The position numbers and the translations under genes are program-made. From a virus (lineage: Duplodnaviria; Caudoviricetes), in the IMG/VR virus record IMGVR_UViG_3300032312_000346, positions 1 through 49,335 of that record: a DNA stretch of 49,335 bases. One strand, 5' to 3'. The notes beneath the pieces are model-generated. The model was not told the DNA's origin. It saw only the letters and a list, made by a program, of their open reading frames with translations, and did not search any database. This document shows, piece by piece, positions 18,100 through 28,493 of the stretch (within the stretch, counting starts at the first letter, position 1; each line of letters begins with the position of its first letter).

Positions 18100-18166
18100 T
18101 GACAGTCGTTGCATTCTGTCTCTCTCCGTTTTACCCACTTGCCCCAGCTTTTGCTGGGGCTTTTTT
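18100..18166 (+). ncRNA. candidate small RNA with anti-Shine-Dalgarno linker
   Basis: Promoter upstream; 5' hairpin GACAG/CTGTC; pyrimidine linker TCTCTCCGTTTT; terminator. Confidence 0.45.
18141..18166 (+). terminator. Rho-independent terminator at arm convergence
   Basis: GCCCCAGC-TTTT-GCTGGGGC-TTTTTT. Confidence 0.9.
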
Positions 18167-21100
18167 ATTCTACTTCGCTACGTACTCGCCTAATCTGCAT
18201 ATCGCGCAAACCAGCTTCTACAGAAGCCATCAGTTCATTAACTAATTGGCGTTTTTCATCAGGTGTTAAATCAGGACTGCTCATAATTAAATTACGTTGA
18301 TGACTCACTTTGTTCATCTCAGTATGCAGAGATTCAACTGCATCACGAGCGGCAAGTCTAGCTTGAATTTCAGGTTGGTTAATATACTCTTCTAATTTAG
18401 CCTCGTCACCTTCAGCTTGTATAGCTGTAGCTGTTTTATAGGCTTGTTCTGTCAGTTCACGAAGCGCGTAGTATTCTTCAGCGTATCTACCACCCACAGT
18501 TTTTTGTTGGAATGAGCCAATCACAGGGTACTTATCAGCCGCCATCTTGTTACTACCCATCACCACATCAGCAAACTGAAGTAACGCACCTGCAGAAGTA
18601 CCACCAATGGCATTAAATATATAATCAATTTTCATTGGTGAGAAGTTAAGTACATCCCCTACGTTTTTAGCGAACTCACTAGTGCTAGCTGTGTATTGTT
18701 GGAATGGAGCAAGACCTTTTAAGCGCTCACTAACGATAGGCATATCTGAGAAGAAGCTATAATTTGTTGCTAGTTCTACAGCAGGTAGTACACCATAAAC
18801 TGCAGATGGTGGAGTAAACCCAGCGGCGGCGGCTTCTAAGATGCCTTGACGTAAACGTGTAAGTGACTCAGGGTTCTCAGTACCACTTTGCAGTATGTAA
18901 TCCGTAATGCGCTCAGGTATTACTTTACCTAAGAAGCCAACGTCAGTAGGTACAGGTATTAATCCACCACCAGGAATTACAAAGTTGCGGTCAGTAATAA
19001 AACCTTTTTGTTCTTCGTAGTCGTCATCACCTGAACGTGACATTGTGTAAAGAGTAACTAACCCAGCATACATAGCCATATTACCCCAGTATGCAGCTGC
19101 GGCAGCTTTACGCTGTTTCATAGAGTTACCACGACCAACCATACCTTTGTAGTTAACATCCATACCTTGCAAGTACGCACCCATAAACGGAATAGTTTGT
19201 TTTAGTGTGTTTACAAACTGACTTGTACCTGATTTTTGGAAGTTAATAATCTCACGAGCGCGAGTAGCGGCAAGTGTTTTGTCACCAGTTTCTTCCATAG
19301 TCTGACGATAGATACCTAAACGCACTGCTAGGTCGGCACTGTAAGCTAATTTCTGTAGGTAGTTATATCCCTTAGTAGCAACAAATTTATCAGAGATAGT
19401 CTTAGGCGCTTCACCCATACCAAACTGACTAGCGCGACCACGTGTAGAGTCATAGGCTGTATAGTCTGCAGCTCCAACAACACCTTGGTTCATTAACTCT
19501 TGAATGTCTGCATTGGTACCACGGAAGGCTTCGCCTGTAAGGAATGACTTGTATATCTTACCCATCATAGCCCAAGGTTTATCTACACCTGATGTAATAA
19601 ATGCGCGTTGTGAGTCCATTACTACTTGGCGTAACGGGAATGCAGGGAATAGCACGATACCAGCACGGAGTCTACCTAGCCATGTACCTATTGTTTTCAT
19701 AACCCCACTATTCATACCACTTACTGTTTGGAATGCGGCTAAGTCATATGGGTTATCAACAGTCCAGTATACTGGTTTACCAGCTTCATAAACCATAACA
19801 ACGTGAGCAGGGTTACCTGTTGTTGGGCGCATACTAGAGCGCGTTGCTGTACCCATAGTGGACATCGTATTGAGCGCACTATTAGCAGTATGGTTAGCCA
19901 CACCTGAACGAACACACCAGCCAATCATTTGTGCCATGTTCTCAAGCATGTCGTTAACTTCTTCAGTACCACCAACTAATGCTTTCATCTGACGTAAGTC
20001 AACCATACGACCTGTATTACCTAGTCCAGGGATTTGAGATTGGTAGTCTTTCAAGCGTAGCCACGGAGCGTATGAATCATCCGCTAAGAACTGCGTTGCT
20101 TTTGCATCTGAAAGAAAACCTGCTTGTTTTAAGAACTTAACCATCTCATTCTTAGCACCGATAAACTCAGTCTGCATTGCGCGTAGTTCAGGGTATTGAT
20201 TAAATGCCGCCATCGCTGCATTGATTTGCGCTTGTGTAGGTACTATACGCGGGTCTTTTTGCCAGTTCTCAGGCCATTGGTCACGAGGTACATTAGCGAT
20301 AATAGACTTGGCGCGGTAGTGATAGAATACACCAGTTATTAAAGCACGAGCCTCTTCAACGCCAAGTTGTTCACCTAATCTTTTTGCGTGACGGAATACA
20401 CCGTCTACACTATGATTTGCGTCTTTTGCTCGCATAGAACCGTTAGGTAGGATTTCCATACCACCTCTGGTAAACACAGCATTGATGAAGTTGTTTACGT
20501 TATTAGCCGCACTCAATAACAAGTCAGCACGTATTTTCCCATTCACATTATAGAAGGCACCGCCATTAGCGTCTTGAATTGCAGCTGATAGATTTGCCGC
20601 TTTGTCAATTACTTTAGTACGGAATTTGTTAGCCATTTCCTCAATCATGCCAAACGCACCACTAGGGTTGTTCACCATAGTAGTAGCAATATTACCTAGT
20701 ACTTGAGTAGTAGTTGTTGGTTGTGTTGGTACGGATTGAGCAAGAGTACCTGACATACCAGCGATAAATTGCCGTGCCTGAGCCTGTGCTACTGGATTTA
20801 TCTGTGCAGCATTGCCTCTACCTGGGACGGTGTTTCCACGTTGCGTAGTAGGTCCACTATTGGCTTGTATATTGCCATTCCTTCCCTGTCCCCCTCCTGA
20901 CGGTACAGTTCGTGCCGTGTTTCCGCCGCCGCGATTAACTCCTCTAGCTGATGCGGACCCTTTTGCGTAATCCTCAAGAGACTTTGCAGTGTTTTTTGTT
21001 GTTGATTTTCCATATGCTTCCCTCATTGCAGTAAAAGTAGATTCATGACGCACTAATGTGTCCATTATTGCATCTCTAAAATAGTCAAGCATTCCAACAT

Positions 21101-24100
21101 CAGCAAGATATTGTTCTACTTTAATCATTTGCCCATTGTGTCCAACACCATGACTCATATCTCCTTGATGTGCTATCTCATGTATCATAGTGTTAAGGAG
21201 ATTTTGCCTTATGCCAAATAACGACTTTGCTCCCCAGTCATAGAATGGGTTTAATAACACAGCCTTGTAAGGTACTTTAATATGTACCCCACCGTACCCT
21301 TTATCAACTGAGATACCCCCAAAGAATAAGTTATCTGGTGATAATTGTTCATACCCCCACATCTTACTCTTAGCTAATTCTTCTTTCATATCGACCATTA
21401 GGGTACCAAGCTCGGCAAAGAATGCTTGTGGGTCTCCGAACGCTTTACCTATATCAATAAAATCCACATTAGTGTTGTTATGGAATATAGGAAGTTTAGG
21501 GTCTTGCTCCATTTTAAGCATGAATTTATCGCTACCAGGAGCTTCGTTTTCTGCTTCAAATGTACTTTCCTTATTTTTTTCTGATTTCTTTTCAGCGTTT
21601 TCTTTGTCTACAATAACACGCCCTTTATCATCAGAGACGATGTTATCTTTAATAACAATAGATTTAGGCATTGGGGGCAGTTCAAATTTAGTTTCACCTG
21701 CGCCACGTTGGTCAAATACTTTTTTAAGTTTTTTACTTACTTCAGCTACATCTTCTCCAGCTTCAATACGAGGCATTGATACAATACCTTTAAAGCTCTC
21801 TTGTAAATTTTTCGCTTCTTCACCGCGAGCAACCCTTCTAAGGAAGTTCTGCAGTGATTCCATATCCTCTTTTAAACGAGGTTTAAATCTTTCTCGGCTG
21901 TTTTCAAAAGGGTAGTCTGGGTGTTTTGCATCTACATTAGGTTTGATGTTAACAATAACATCAAAAGGAAGTCTTTCCCCCCTTGCCAGCTCGTAATATT
22001 CGTCAAACTGATATACACCACTGGATAATACTCGGTGCTTTGGTTTATCATTACGATTTACACCAAAATAAATATCCGCACTTCCCCACGAAAAGTTTGC
22101 CTTAGTAAGTAATGGCATCTCTTTAGTATCAAAATTAACGCCAACAGGTAGCACTTTGGTATCAGTATCGCCGTATCCTGTAAAAGATACAGTTACTTTT
22201 GTAGGGCCTATTAAAGGTTTAGTTAGCGGTTGAACATCAGTGCTATACGGGAAATAAATATACTTTTGCTCACCTGTGTTTGAGTCTGTGTAGTACTCAG
22301 GAATTTTTACTTCTACAGTTGTACCATGCGCATTTTTAGGCGCTGGAGTTTTAACAAGTTTAAATGCAGATTTAGCTATTTCTAGGGATGTTGTGTCGAC
22401 AACAGTACGTACACCATCACGAACCGTATCTAATTTAAGACGTTCAGCACCCATCATAAAACCCATTTTAGCTAATCCAAGGCCACCGCTTCGCTCACTT
22501 GGGTCAAGGTCCGATTTATCGGAACCAGCTACCGTAAAAAACGCATTCTTAACAATATCTGTTGTCATTCCTCGAGCATTGTCAGTAAATTTAATCGTGC
22601 GGTCATTACTATTAATATCAATCTTAATATCACCCTCTTTAATTAACCCAACTTTAACCGCGGCTTTTACCGCATCAAATGAGTTTTGAAGCAACTCTTT
22701 AATTGATACATCAGCAAGACTAGCAGCGTACATATTTGAACCCAGTAATTGGATAATCCCTGCCATATCAGCATTTAATTGCCCTGCTTCTGTTCCAAAC
22801 TTGCTTTCACTATTTTTAGATGCCGATGCATTTATTCCAGAAGCTGGACGACTAACGAGTTTAAGTTGTGTTTTTTGAACTCTGTGATATGCTTTAGGGT
22901 TAGTTGCAGTGTCAGGACGGAATTTAACGTAGTCCCCATTAAATCCTACAACAGTACCTGGTAAGTTTCCGTAACGAACACTGTCACCAATTAAGAAACC
23001 ATCAACAGCATCTTGCGCGTATTGTTTTACAACTGGCTCTAATATAGTTTTAGATTCAGAAGCATCAGGTGCTTTAGTGGTAGTTGCTTCTTCAGTTGAT
23101 AGTTTATCTAACTGTTTTTTTATTTTAGCTACTTTTTTAGCTGCGGTATTTTTCTTTTCTTGTGTAGCAGTTGGGTCATCTTCTAATTCTTGTTGATTTG
23201 CAACAGCTTCATCTATTTTTCTAGATAATAATTGAACTGCCATCTCTGGACTACCTGTAGCTATTCTAGTAGATACATTTGCTTTAGTTGTATTGGCTAT
23301 TTCAATACTTTCAATATCATCAGCTGTATCTTGAGTTAAGTATCCGTCTTTATGTGCTTGTTTTACTTTATCTTTACCAATCTTAGATAGCTTACCAAAT
23401 GGGATGTCACTAAAGTAACTCCATGTAGTTGCAACAGGTTCTTTTTTTAGTTCAGCGGCGGCATCTTTCGCAACGCTTTTTGGTACTGGTGCTAATGCAC
23501 TTGGTTGAGTCCTTTTGCTTGGTCTAGTTGTTCTAACGTTTGGTTGAGGTACTCCACTATCACTAACCACTCCTGTTCCGTCAGGTTCTGCAACTTCTTC
23601 AGGCGTGGTTTCTTCTGGCTGAATAGGCACTCCCACGCTCGGCTCAGTTCCTGGTTGCTCAGTAGTAGCTGGTACTCCGTCCTCTGGAAAACCAAAGAGG
23701 TCTGGTTGTGAAGGTTCTGCTGTCGGTTGGGTTTGCGGGGCATTAGGTACTCCAAATAAGTCAGGCTGAACAGCGTTAGGGTTATAGTGAGGGAATGCTT
23801 CTAGAATACGGTTAGCATAAACACCTGTGGGACTATTACCCGATGCCAATACTGTAAGTAAGTTATATGTAGTTGGGTCAGCTAGGTTTGCATTTTTTAA
23901 CGCTTTGTACACATTTCTATTACTTGGAGTAATACCAAATGTTTTTAATAGCTCAGGAGTCAATATTCCTTCAGCAGGAGCTACAGGTTCTACCCCATAA
24001 ACACCTTGTTGAATTGCTTGACGAGTCTTGTTTCTTTCCTTGATAGATAAATCAGGGAAGTATAGTTTCATATTGCCAGCAAGTTCAGCTCGACCTTCAG

Positions 24101-25313
24101 GAGTTTTATTTAATTCTGCAATTTGCGCTGGAAGTGACTGTAAACGACCCGTCTCTACGCTCGCCAAAGCTTCAGGGCTAGGCTTACCCCTTGGCGTAAA
24201 TAGTTCGCCCTGCGTAGGTACCTCTACGCCAGGAATCGACGTTTCTGGCTCTGAAATTGGTGTTTCTTCCTGTGTCGGAGGGGTAAAACCCTCTGGTGGC
24301 ATCGGTCCCGCAGGTGTTGGAGCTTCTTCTTCCGTAAATAACGGTAGTTGGTCCATTACCCCAGTAGCTTCGCGCTGTGCTTGAGCTTGTGCTCGTTGAG
24401 CAGCTTCTGCTTGTACCGCTTCGTCTTGTGCAACTACTCTTTTAGCTTCACCACGTTCTTGGAATTTACCAATCGCACCTAGTGGACCAATCAATGCAGT
24501 TTGATATGCAATGTCTGCGTATTCTTTTCTAGCCTCATCATCGGTCAGCGATAAGCCAGCTTGGTAACGCTCAAGCATTTGTTGTGCAACTTCGGTAGGA
24601 ACTTCGGCTGCAACGCCTTTGGCGGTACCTTCTGCTAATGTACGTTTTAATGATTTAGCAACAACAGCATCCGCTTCAGCACGACCTAACGTCTTAACAG
24701 GAAGACCCATCAATTTACTAAATAATAACTTGTCAGTAAATACATCTAAAGCAGCTTGAGGAACAGCGGCACTGTAAGCAGCGCCAGCGTCAATTGGTGT
24801 ACCTTCTTGTGCTTGTCGTTCTAAGTTTGTACCTGATTGTTGAACGAATGACGGAAGGAATGCACCGCCTAAACCACCAACTACAGTACCAACAGGACCA
24901 AATGCTGAACCTGCCATAGCGCCAAGTCGTGCAGTGCCTAGAGCAGCTGCTAATTGCGGAGCTTGTTGTGCGATAGCACTTGGGATTTGACTGATGACTT
25001 CACGAGCAGCTGGGAATAAACCTTTTTCATCATATACTTGCCCGATTTTATCTAGGCTAGCACCAGGCCTTTCAGTGATAGCTTTTTGACGTTCTTCACC
25101 AGCTTTAGCGGCTTCTTCGGCATTGAATATACCTGATACACCAGTCCCCAATGAACTAATCATACGTTTGGTTCCACCTACAAAGGCTTCACCAACACCA
25201 GCTGTTTCAATTTTAGGAGTGTTAAACTTGTTGTATTTAGCTAGTAATTCTTTCTGCGTAATGTTTTCAGGAACATCAGTTATGATTGTTCCATCAGGCA
25301 TTTGTACATTCAT
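18165..25313 (-). CDS. giant internal virion/ejection polyvalent protein (GHKL ATPase, HExxH peptidase, LPD38-like C-terminus)
   Basis: 2382 aa at the end of the structural arm; ELLQNSFDA/DNARGM/GGLGLA/GTTV; HEIAH; C-terminal INF...PF..A..QG, ELATN.SFF...PIV, SP.KIDY. Confidence 0.75.
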   Translation of the reverse strand: MNVQMPDGTIITDVPENITQKELLAKYNKFNTPKIETAGVGEAFVGGTKRMISSLGTGVSGIFNAEEAAKAGEERQKAITERPGASLDKIGQVYDEKGLFPAAREVISQIPSAIAQQAPQLAAALGTARLGAMAGSAFGPVGTVVGGLGGAFLPSFVQQSGTNLERQAQEGTPIDAGAAYSAAVPQAALDVFTDKLLFSKLMGLPVKTLGRAEADAVVAKSLKRTLAEGTAKGVAAEVPTEVAQQMLERYQAGLSLTDDEARKEYADIAYQTALIGPLGAIGKFQERGEAKRVVAQDEAVQAEAAQRAQAQAQREATGVMDQLPLFTEEEAPTPAGPMPPEGFTPPTQEETPISEPETSIPGVEVPTQGELFTPRGKPSPEALASVETGRLQSLPAQIAELNKTPEGRAELAGNMKLYFPDLSIKERNKTRQAIQQGVYGVEPVAPAEGILTPELLKTFGITPSNRNVYKALKNANLADPTTYNLLTVLASGNSPTGVYANRILEAFPHYNPNAVQPDLFGVPNAPQTQPTAEPSQPDLFGFPEDGVPATTEQPGTEPSVGVPIQPEETTPEEVAEPDGTGVVSDSGVPQPNVRTTRPSKRTQPSALAPVPKSVAKDAAAELKKEPVATTWSYFSDIPFGKLSKIGKDKVKQAHKDGYLTQDTADDIESIEIANTTKANVSTRIATGSPEMAVQLLSRKIDEAVANQQELEDDPTATQEKKNTAAKKVAKIKKQLDKLSTEEATTTKAPDASESKTILEPVVKQYAQDAVDGFLIGDSVRYGNLPGTVVGFNGDYVKFRPDTATNPKAYHRVQKTQLKLVSRPASGINASASKNSESKFGTEAGQLNADMAGIIQLLGSNMYAASLADVSIKELLQNSFDAVKAAVKVGLIKEGDIKIDINSNDRTIKFTDNARGMTTDIVKNAFFTVAGSDKSDLDPSERSGGLGLAKMGFMMGAERLKLDTVRDGVRTVVDTTSLEIAKSAFKLVKTPAPKNAHGTTVEVKIPEYYTDSNTGEQKYIYFPYSTDVQPLTKPLIGPTKVTVSFTGYGDTDTKVLPVGVNFDTKEMPLLTKANFSWGSADIYFGVNRNDKPKHRVLSSGVYQFDEYYELARGERLPFDVIVNIKPNVDAKHPDYPFENSRERFKPRLKEDMESLQNFLRRVARGEEAKNLQESFKGIVSMPRIEAGEDVAEVSKKLKKVFDQRGAGETKFELPPMPKSIVIKDNIVSDDKGRVIVDKENAEKKSEKNKESTFEAENEAPGSDKFMLKMEQDPKLPIFHNNTNVDFIDIGKAFGDPQAFFAELGTLMVDMKEELAKSKMWGYEQLSPDNLFFGGISVDKGYGGVHIKVPYKAVLLNPFYDWGAKSLFGIRQNLLNTMIHEIAHQGDMSHGVGHNGQMIKVEQYLADVGMLDYFRDAIMDTLVRHESTFTAMREAYGKSTTKNTAKSLEDYAKGSASARGVNRGGGNTARTVPSGGGQGRNGNIQANSGPTTQRGNTVPGRGNAAQINPVAQAQARQFIAGMSGTLAQSVPTQPTTTTQVLGNIATTMVNNPSGAFGMIEEMANKFRTKVIDKAANLSAAIQDANGGAFYNVNGKIRADLLLSAANNVNNFINAVFTRGGMEILPNGSMRAKDANHSVDGVFRHAKRLGEQLGVEEARALITGVFYHYRAKSIIANVPRDQWPENWQKDPRIVPTQAQINAAMAAFNQYPELRAMQTEFIGAKNEMVKFLKQAGFLSDAKATQFLADDSYAPWLRLKDYQSQIPGLGNTGRMVDLRQMKALVGGTEEVNDMLENMAQMIGWCVRSGVANHTANSALNTMSTMGTATRSSMRPTTGNPAHVVMVYEAGKPVYWTVDNPYDLAAFQTVSGMNSGVMKTIGTWLGRLRAGIVLFPAFPLRQVVMDSQRAFITSGVDKPWAMMGKIYKSFLTGEAFRGTNADIQELMNQGVVGAADYTAYDSTRGRASQFGMGEAPKTISDKFVATKGYNYLQKLAYSADLAVRLGIYRQTMEETGDKTLAATRAREIINFQKSGTSQFVNTLKQTIPFMGAYLQGMDVNYKGMVGRGNSMKQRKAAAAAYWGNMAMYAGLVTLYTMSRSGDDDYEEQKGFITDRNFVIPGGGLIPVPTDVGFLGKVIPERITDYILQSGTENPESLTRLRQGILEAAAAGFTPPSAVYGVLPAVELATNYSFFSDMPIVSERLKGLAPFQQYTASTSEFAKNVGDVLNFSPMKIDYIFNAIGGTSAGALLQFADVVMGSNKMAADKYPVIGSFQQKTVGGRYAEEYYALRELTEQAYKTATAIQAEGDEAKLEEYINQPEIQARLAARDAVESLHTEMNKVSHQRNLIMSSPDLTPDEKRQLVNELMASVEAGLRDMQIRRVRSEVE

Positions 25314-25321
25314 GCTAATTC

Positions 25322-26935
25322 CTAACCAGGGTTTAATTCACTAAATGATACCATCTTAGGACCTGCTGCTCCAGCACTTCCTGCCCCACCTGACAATGCA
25401 TTTAGCGCGGCAGTGATTTGTTTTCTTCTTTCGATTGTTGCAGGTGACCTATCAAACGGCGATAATTCTGATAACTCTTTGTTTAATGCGGTACGTTGCG
25501 ACGCAATATCACGTTGGTCGATAGCCCCAAAGCCTGGGTTGCTAGTCTCGTATGCCCTTCTAATTGCTTCTGAGTCACTGATTTCAGGGTTGTCTCTTTT
25601 AATTATTTTAGCAATATTCATAACAGTATTCTGCCCTTTATCAGCCGCATATCTAGTAGCGGCAACTTGATTCGCAGCGATACGTTCTCTAGAATCAATT
25701 TCATACATGGTTTTAGCCATTTCGTTTTGCTGGTCAACACCTTTAATACCTAAGTTAGTTAAGGCAGAGCGTGTTTCTTTTATTCGATTGCGAGATTCTT
25801 TTAAGTCGGCTTCGTTACCACTAAATTGAGCCGCGTTAAATTGGTTTTGTGCAACGGCTAGTGCGGTAAGTTTATCACCAATTCTCTCTTGTCGTGCTTC
25901 TTCTTTATCATCAATCTCGGCTTTAGTTCTACCTGCATTGGCTAACGCACTAGAGAATGCAGTCATAGTAGTCTCACCAGGTCTCGGTGCTTGTCCTAAA
26001 CGCTCTGCAAGTGCAAAGTAAGGCATGGCTTCATTAAGACGAGAACGAGTGTCAGATAAGTTTTTCTTGCCTTCAAGTTCTGTTCTTTGTTTACCATATA
26101 CATCAAAGTCAATACCTGCAGCTTTTTGTTGTTCTTTACGTCTAGCAGCTATCTCATCAAATGTATACTCTTTACCAGTAGCTTGATTCATTTCAGAATC
26201 ATATTGAGCTTTAAGTTGTTTTTCAGCTTCTGTGTAAGGTTTGATATTATAACCCCCAATGCCTGTACCTGCACCTTTTGTTCGAGTAGAGCTTGACCTA
26301 GATTCACTACCAGATAACATAGAATCTAACATTGACGGTTTGTCTTTAGCTGTAGCTGGAGCTGGAGCTGGAGCTTTAGTTGATTCTTTTTTAGGGTATG
26401 TTTTATCAATGTTAAACTGCTCAATTCCAGGTGCGCTTACTGGAACTTCAGGGCGTAATGGAGTGCCTTGCCTTATGGCTCTGTTAAGTAGCGTATTAGA
26501 CCCTGTTAATGGGTTTCTTTTTGGGGTATTATCTTCTGGAGGTGCACCATATTGATTTACATATTTTTGTTTTTGTTCAGGTAGTAACGCGTTATACTGA
26601 TTTATAGTCATAGGCATAAACATATCGTCTGTGCTAAATGTACCACCTTCAGCAAGCGCAATAATGCCACCTTGTGCCATACCTTCAACAGGCAGGTTAG
26701 AAGGCAGTGTATCTACACCAGCGCCATACGCAAGGTTTTGTGCTACTACAGGCGGTTGTTTAGGGGCTTGAGCTGCCATAGCCATCTTAGCGTCTTTATC
26801 TTGTTTGATTTTAGAAGCCAAAACAATTTGACCCACTTGTGGGTTAATCGTACCGTTACGTAATGCTTGTTGTAACTGAGGAATAGTCAGTCTTTGTGCT
26901 TGAGCCATCTGGCTCATTGGGTCACGCATGTTCAT
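25322..26935 (-). CDS. putative internal virion/ejection protein
   Basis: Position; Ala/Gln-rich helical; MAQGG and LAEGG motifs. Confidence 0.55.
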   Translation of the reverse strand: MNMRDPMSQMAQAQRLTIPQLQQALRNGTINPQVGQIVLASKIKQDKDAKMAMAAQAPKQPPVVAQNLAYGAGVDTLPSNLPVEGMAQGGIIALAEGGTFSTDDMFMPMTINQYNALLPEQKQKYVNQYGAPPEDNTPKRNPLTGSNTLLNRAIRQGTPLRPEVPVSAPGIEQFNIDKTYPKKESTKAPAPAPATAKDKPSMLDSMLSGSESRSSSTRTKGAGTGIGGYNIKPYTEAEKQLKAQYDSEMNQATGKEYTFDEIAARRKEQQKAAGIDFDVYGKQRTELEGKKNLSDTRSRLNEAMPYFALAERLGQAPRPGETTMTAFSSALANAGRTKAEIDDKEEARQERIGDKLTALAVAQNQFNAAQFSGNEADLKESRNRIKETRSALTNLGIKGVDQQNEMAKTMYEIDSRERIAANQVAATRYAADKGQNTVMNIAKIIKRDNPEISDSEAIRRAYETSNPGFGAIDQRDIASQRTALNKELSELSPFDRSPATIERRKQITAALNALSGGAGSAGAAGPKMVSFSELNPG

Positions 26936-26937
26936 AG

Positions 26938-28080
26938 TTATCCCTTATAATTCATCAATTCACTCATGTGTAATTCATCAATACCTGTGCCAGCACGTTT
27001 ATTAATATCTTTAGTACTACCACCTTCTTTAGCCATACCAGCCAATTTAGCAATACCGTATGCCCCTGCACCTAATGAACCAAGTTGTGCTGCACCGCTC
27101 GCAGGTGGTGCGTATGTTGAAGTTGAAGCATTTTCTAACGGCATACCACGAAGTAATGCGTTCATGTTCGCTAATTGCATCATCGGGTATTGCTGTTTAG
27201 TTGCGTAGTCTTTGATAGCTTGGTCAATCTTAGCTTGTTCACCTGCTTGTTGTGCAGTACCAAACTGATTCTGCATATTGATAATATTTTGTTGTCCTTG
27301 CAACTGTGATTGACCTAGTTGACCTAGTGCACCCGCCGCTTGTACACTTTGACCATAGCCTTGAAGTGCAGCTTGCTGACCTTGTAGACCCAACTGATTA
27401 CCCCTAAAGATATTACCTTGTGCATCGTTGTATGCGTTTTGGTAGCCTTGACCAATCATTTGGTTCATAGCAGTATTCATATTACGGTTATTTTCAGAAG
27501 CCATTAGTGCTTCACGAGACCCACCAAAGGCACCTGCTCGAGTGGCTTGACCTTGCTGTTGTTGACCTGTAATGCCATACTGACGACGTGATTCTTCAAG
27601 AGCTGGGTTCAACGCATTCATTAAGTACGGATTCATAAACTGATTAACAGCACCAGGATTTGTAGCCATACTAAAATAATTATTACCAGTGTTACCTGCT
27701 TGACCCGCAACGCCTAGTGAACCTAACCCACCTGCACCTGCTAGCTCTGAGCCTGCTTGGTATTGACCTGGGAGTTGTAAGTTGGCAGCACCAGCATAAG
27801 CCTGCTCTTGCATTGGTGATGAAGCAGCAAAGTAATCGTTTACATTATCACTATATGCTTGATAGGGCTTAAAGCTTTGTATGTTACCTTTTGCATCCAT
27901 ATTATATATTTGCTGCTGGGCGGAACCCAACATGGACATTACATAAGGCTTGGCATATTCAGGGATGTTAGTGTTATAAGCTGTAGTAGTGCCCGTAGTA
28001 TTGCCACCACCACCACCACCGCCTGTATAAAACATAAACTGGTCAATAAGCAGCCATTTAAGTTGTTTTAAAATACTCAT
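26938..28080 (-). CDS. putative DNA pilot/ejection protein
   Basis: Gly run near N-terminus; Gln/Gly/Ala-rich; FMNPY and GAFGGSR motifs. Confidence 0.65.
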   Translation of the reverse strand: MSILKQLKWLLIDQFMFYTGGGGGGGNTTGTTTAYNTNIPEYAKPYVMSMLGSAQQQIYNMDAKGNIQSFKPYQAYSDNVNDYFAASSPMQEQAYAGAANLQLPGQYQAGSELAGAGGLGSLGVAGQAGNTGNNYFSMATNPGAVNQFMNPYLMNALNPALEESRRQYGITGQQQQGQATRAGAFGGSREALMASENNRNMNTAMNQMIGQGYQNAYNDAQGNIFRGNQLGLQGQQAALQGYGQSVQAAGALGQLGQSQLQGQQNIINMQNQFGTAQQAGEQAKIDQAIKDYATKQQYPMMQLANMNALLRGMPLENASTSTYAPPASGAAQLGSLGAGAYGIAKLAGMAKEGGSTKDINKRAGTGIDELHMSELMNYKG

Positions 28081-28493
28081 ATTAATTTCTCCACTACTGT
28101 TTCAGTAGCAATAAGTCCCACTTTTTGTCTATATAACCTAACCCGTGCTTCAGAAGCATACGCTCTAATTTTAGTAGCTCCTTGAGATTTAGCCCATGCA
28201 ATTACTTGATTAAATGATTCTTCATCTACAATACCTCTACCACCTACATTAGTCATAGTTGCAACCCTATGATTAGGATGTGTACTTACTTGAATCGTTG
28301 CTGCCCCTATAACTTTTTCATTTTCTACTGCTACCATTAATGTCTGTGAACCACTAACCAACTGCAATTTTAATTGGTCAAGTGTACAATCTATGTCACC
28401 TAACGCTACATCAACCGAAGACTTAATAAATGGTTCTACTGTATTCCATACTTGATGCACATGATTTGGACCTACTGTCTGTATTAAAATCAT
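28077..28493 (-). CDS. GNAT-fold-like virion assembly protein (P22 gp14-like position)
   Basis: 138 aa between ejection genes; VIGAA, VGG, WAKSQGA..I, RLY pattern. Confidence 0.5.
   Translation of the reverse strand: MILIQTVGPNHVHQVWNTVEPFIKSSVDVALGDIDCTLDQLKLQLVSGSQTLMVAVENEKVIGAATIQVSTHPNHRVATMTNVGGRGIVDEESFNQVIAWAKSQGATKIRAYASEARVRLYRQKVGLIATETVVEKLI

Noticed and set aside
18109-18300. 63-aa + strand ORF
   Set aside because: TTG start without RBS, crosses a strong terminator and is antisense to the giant gene
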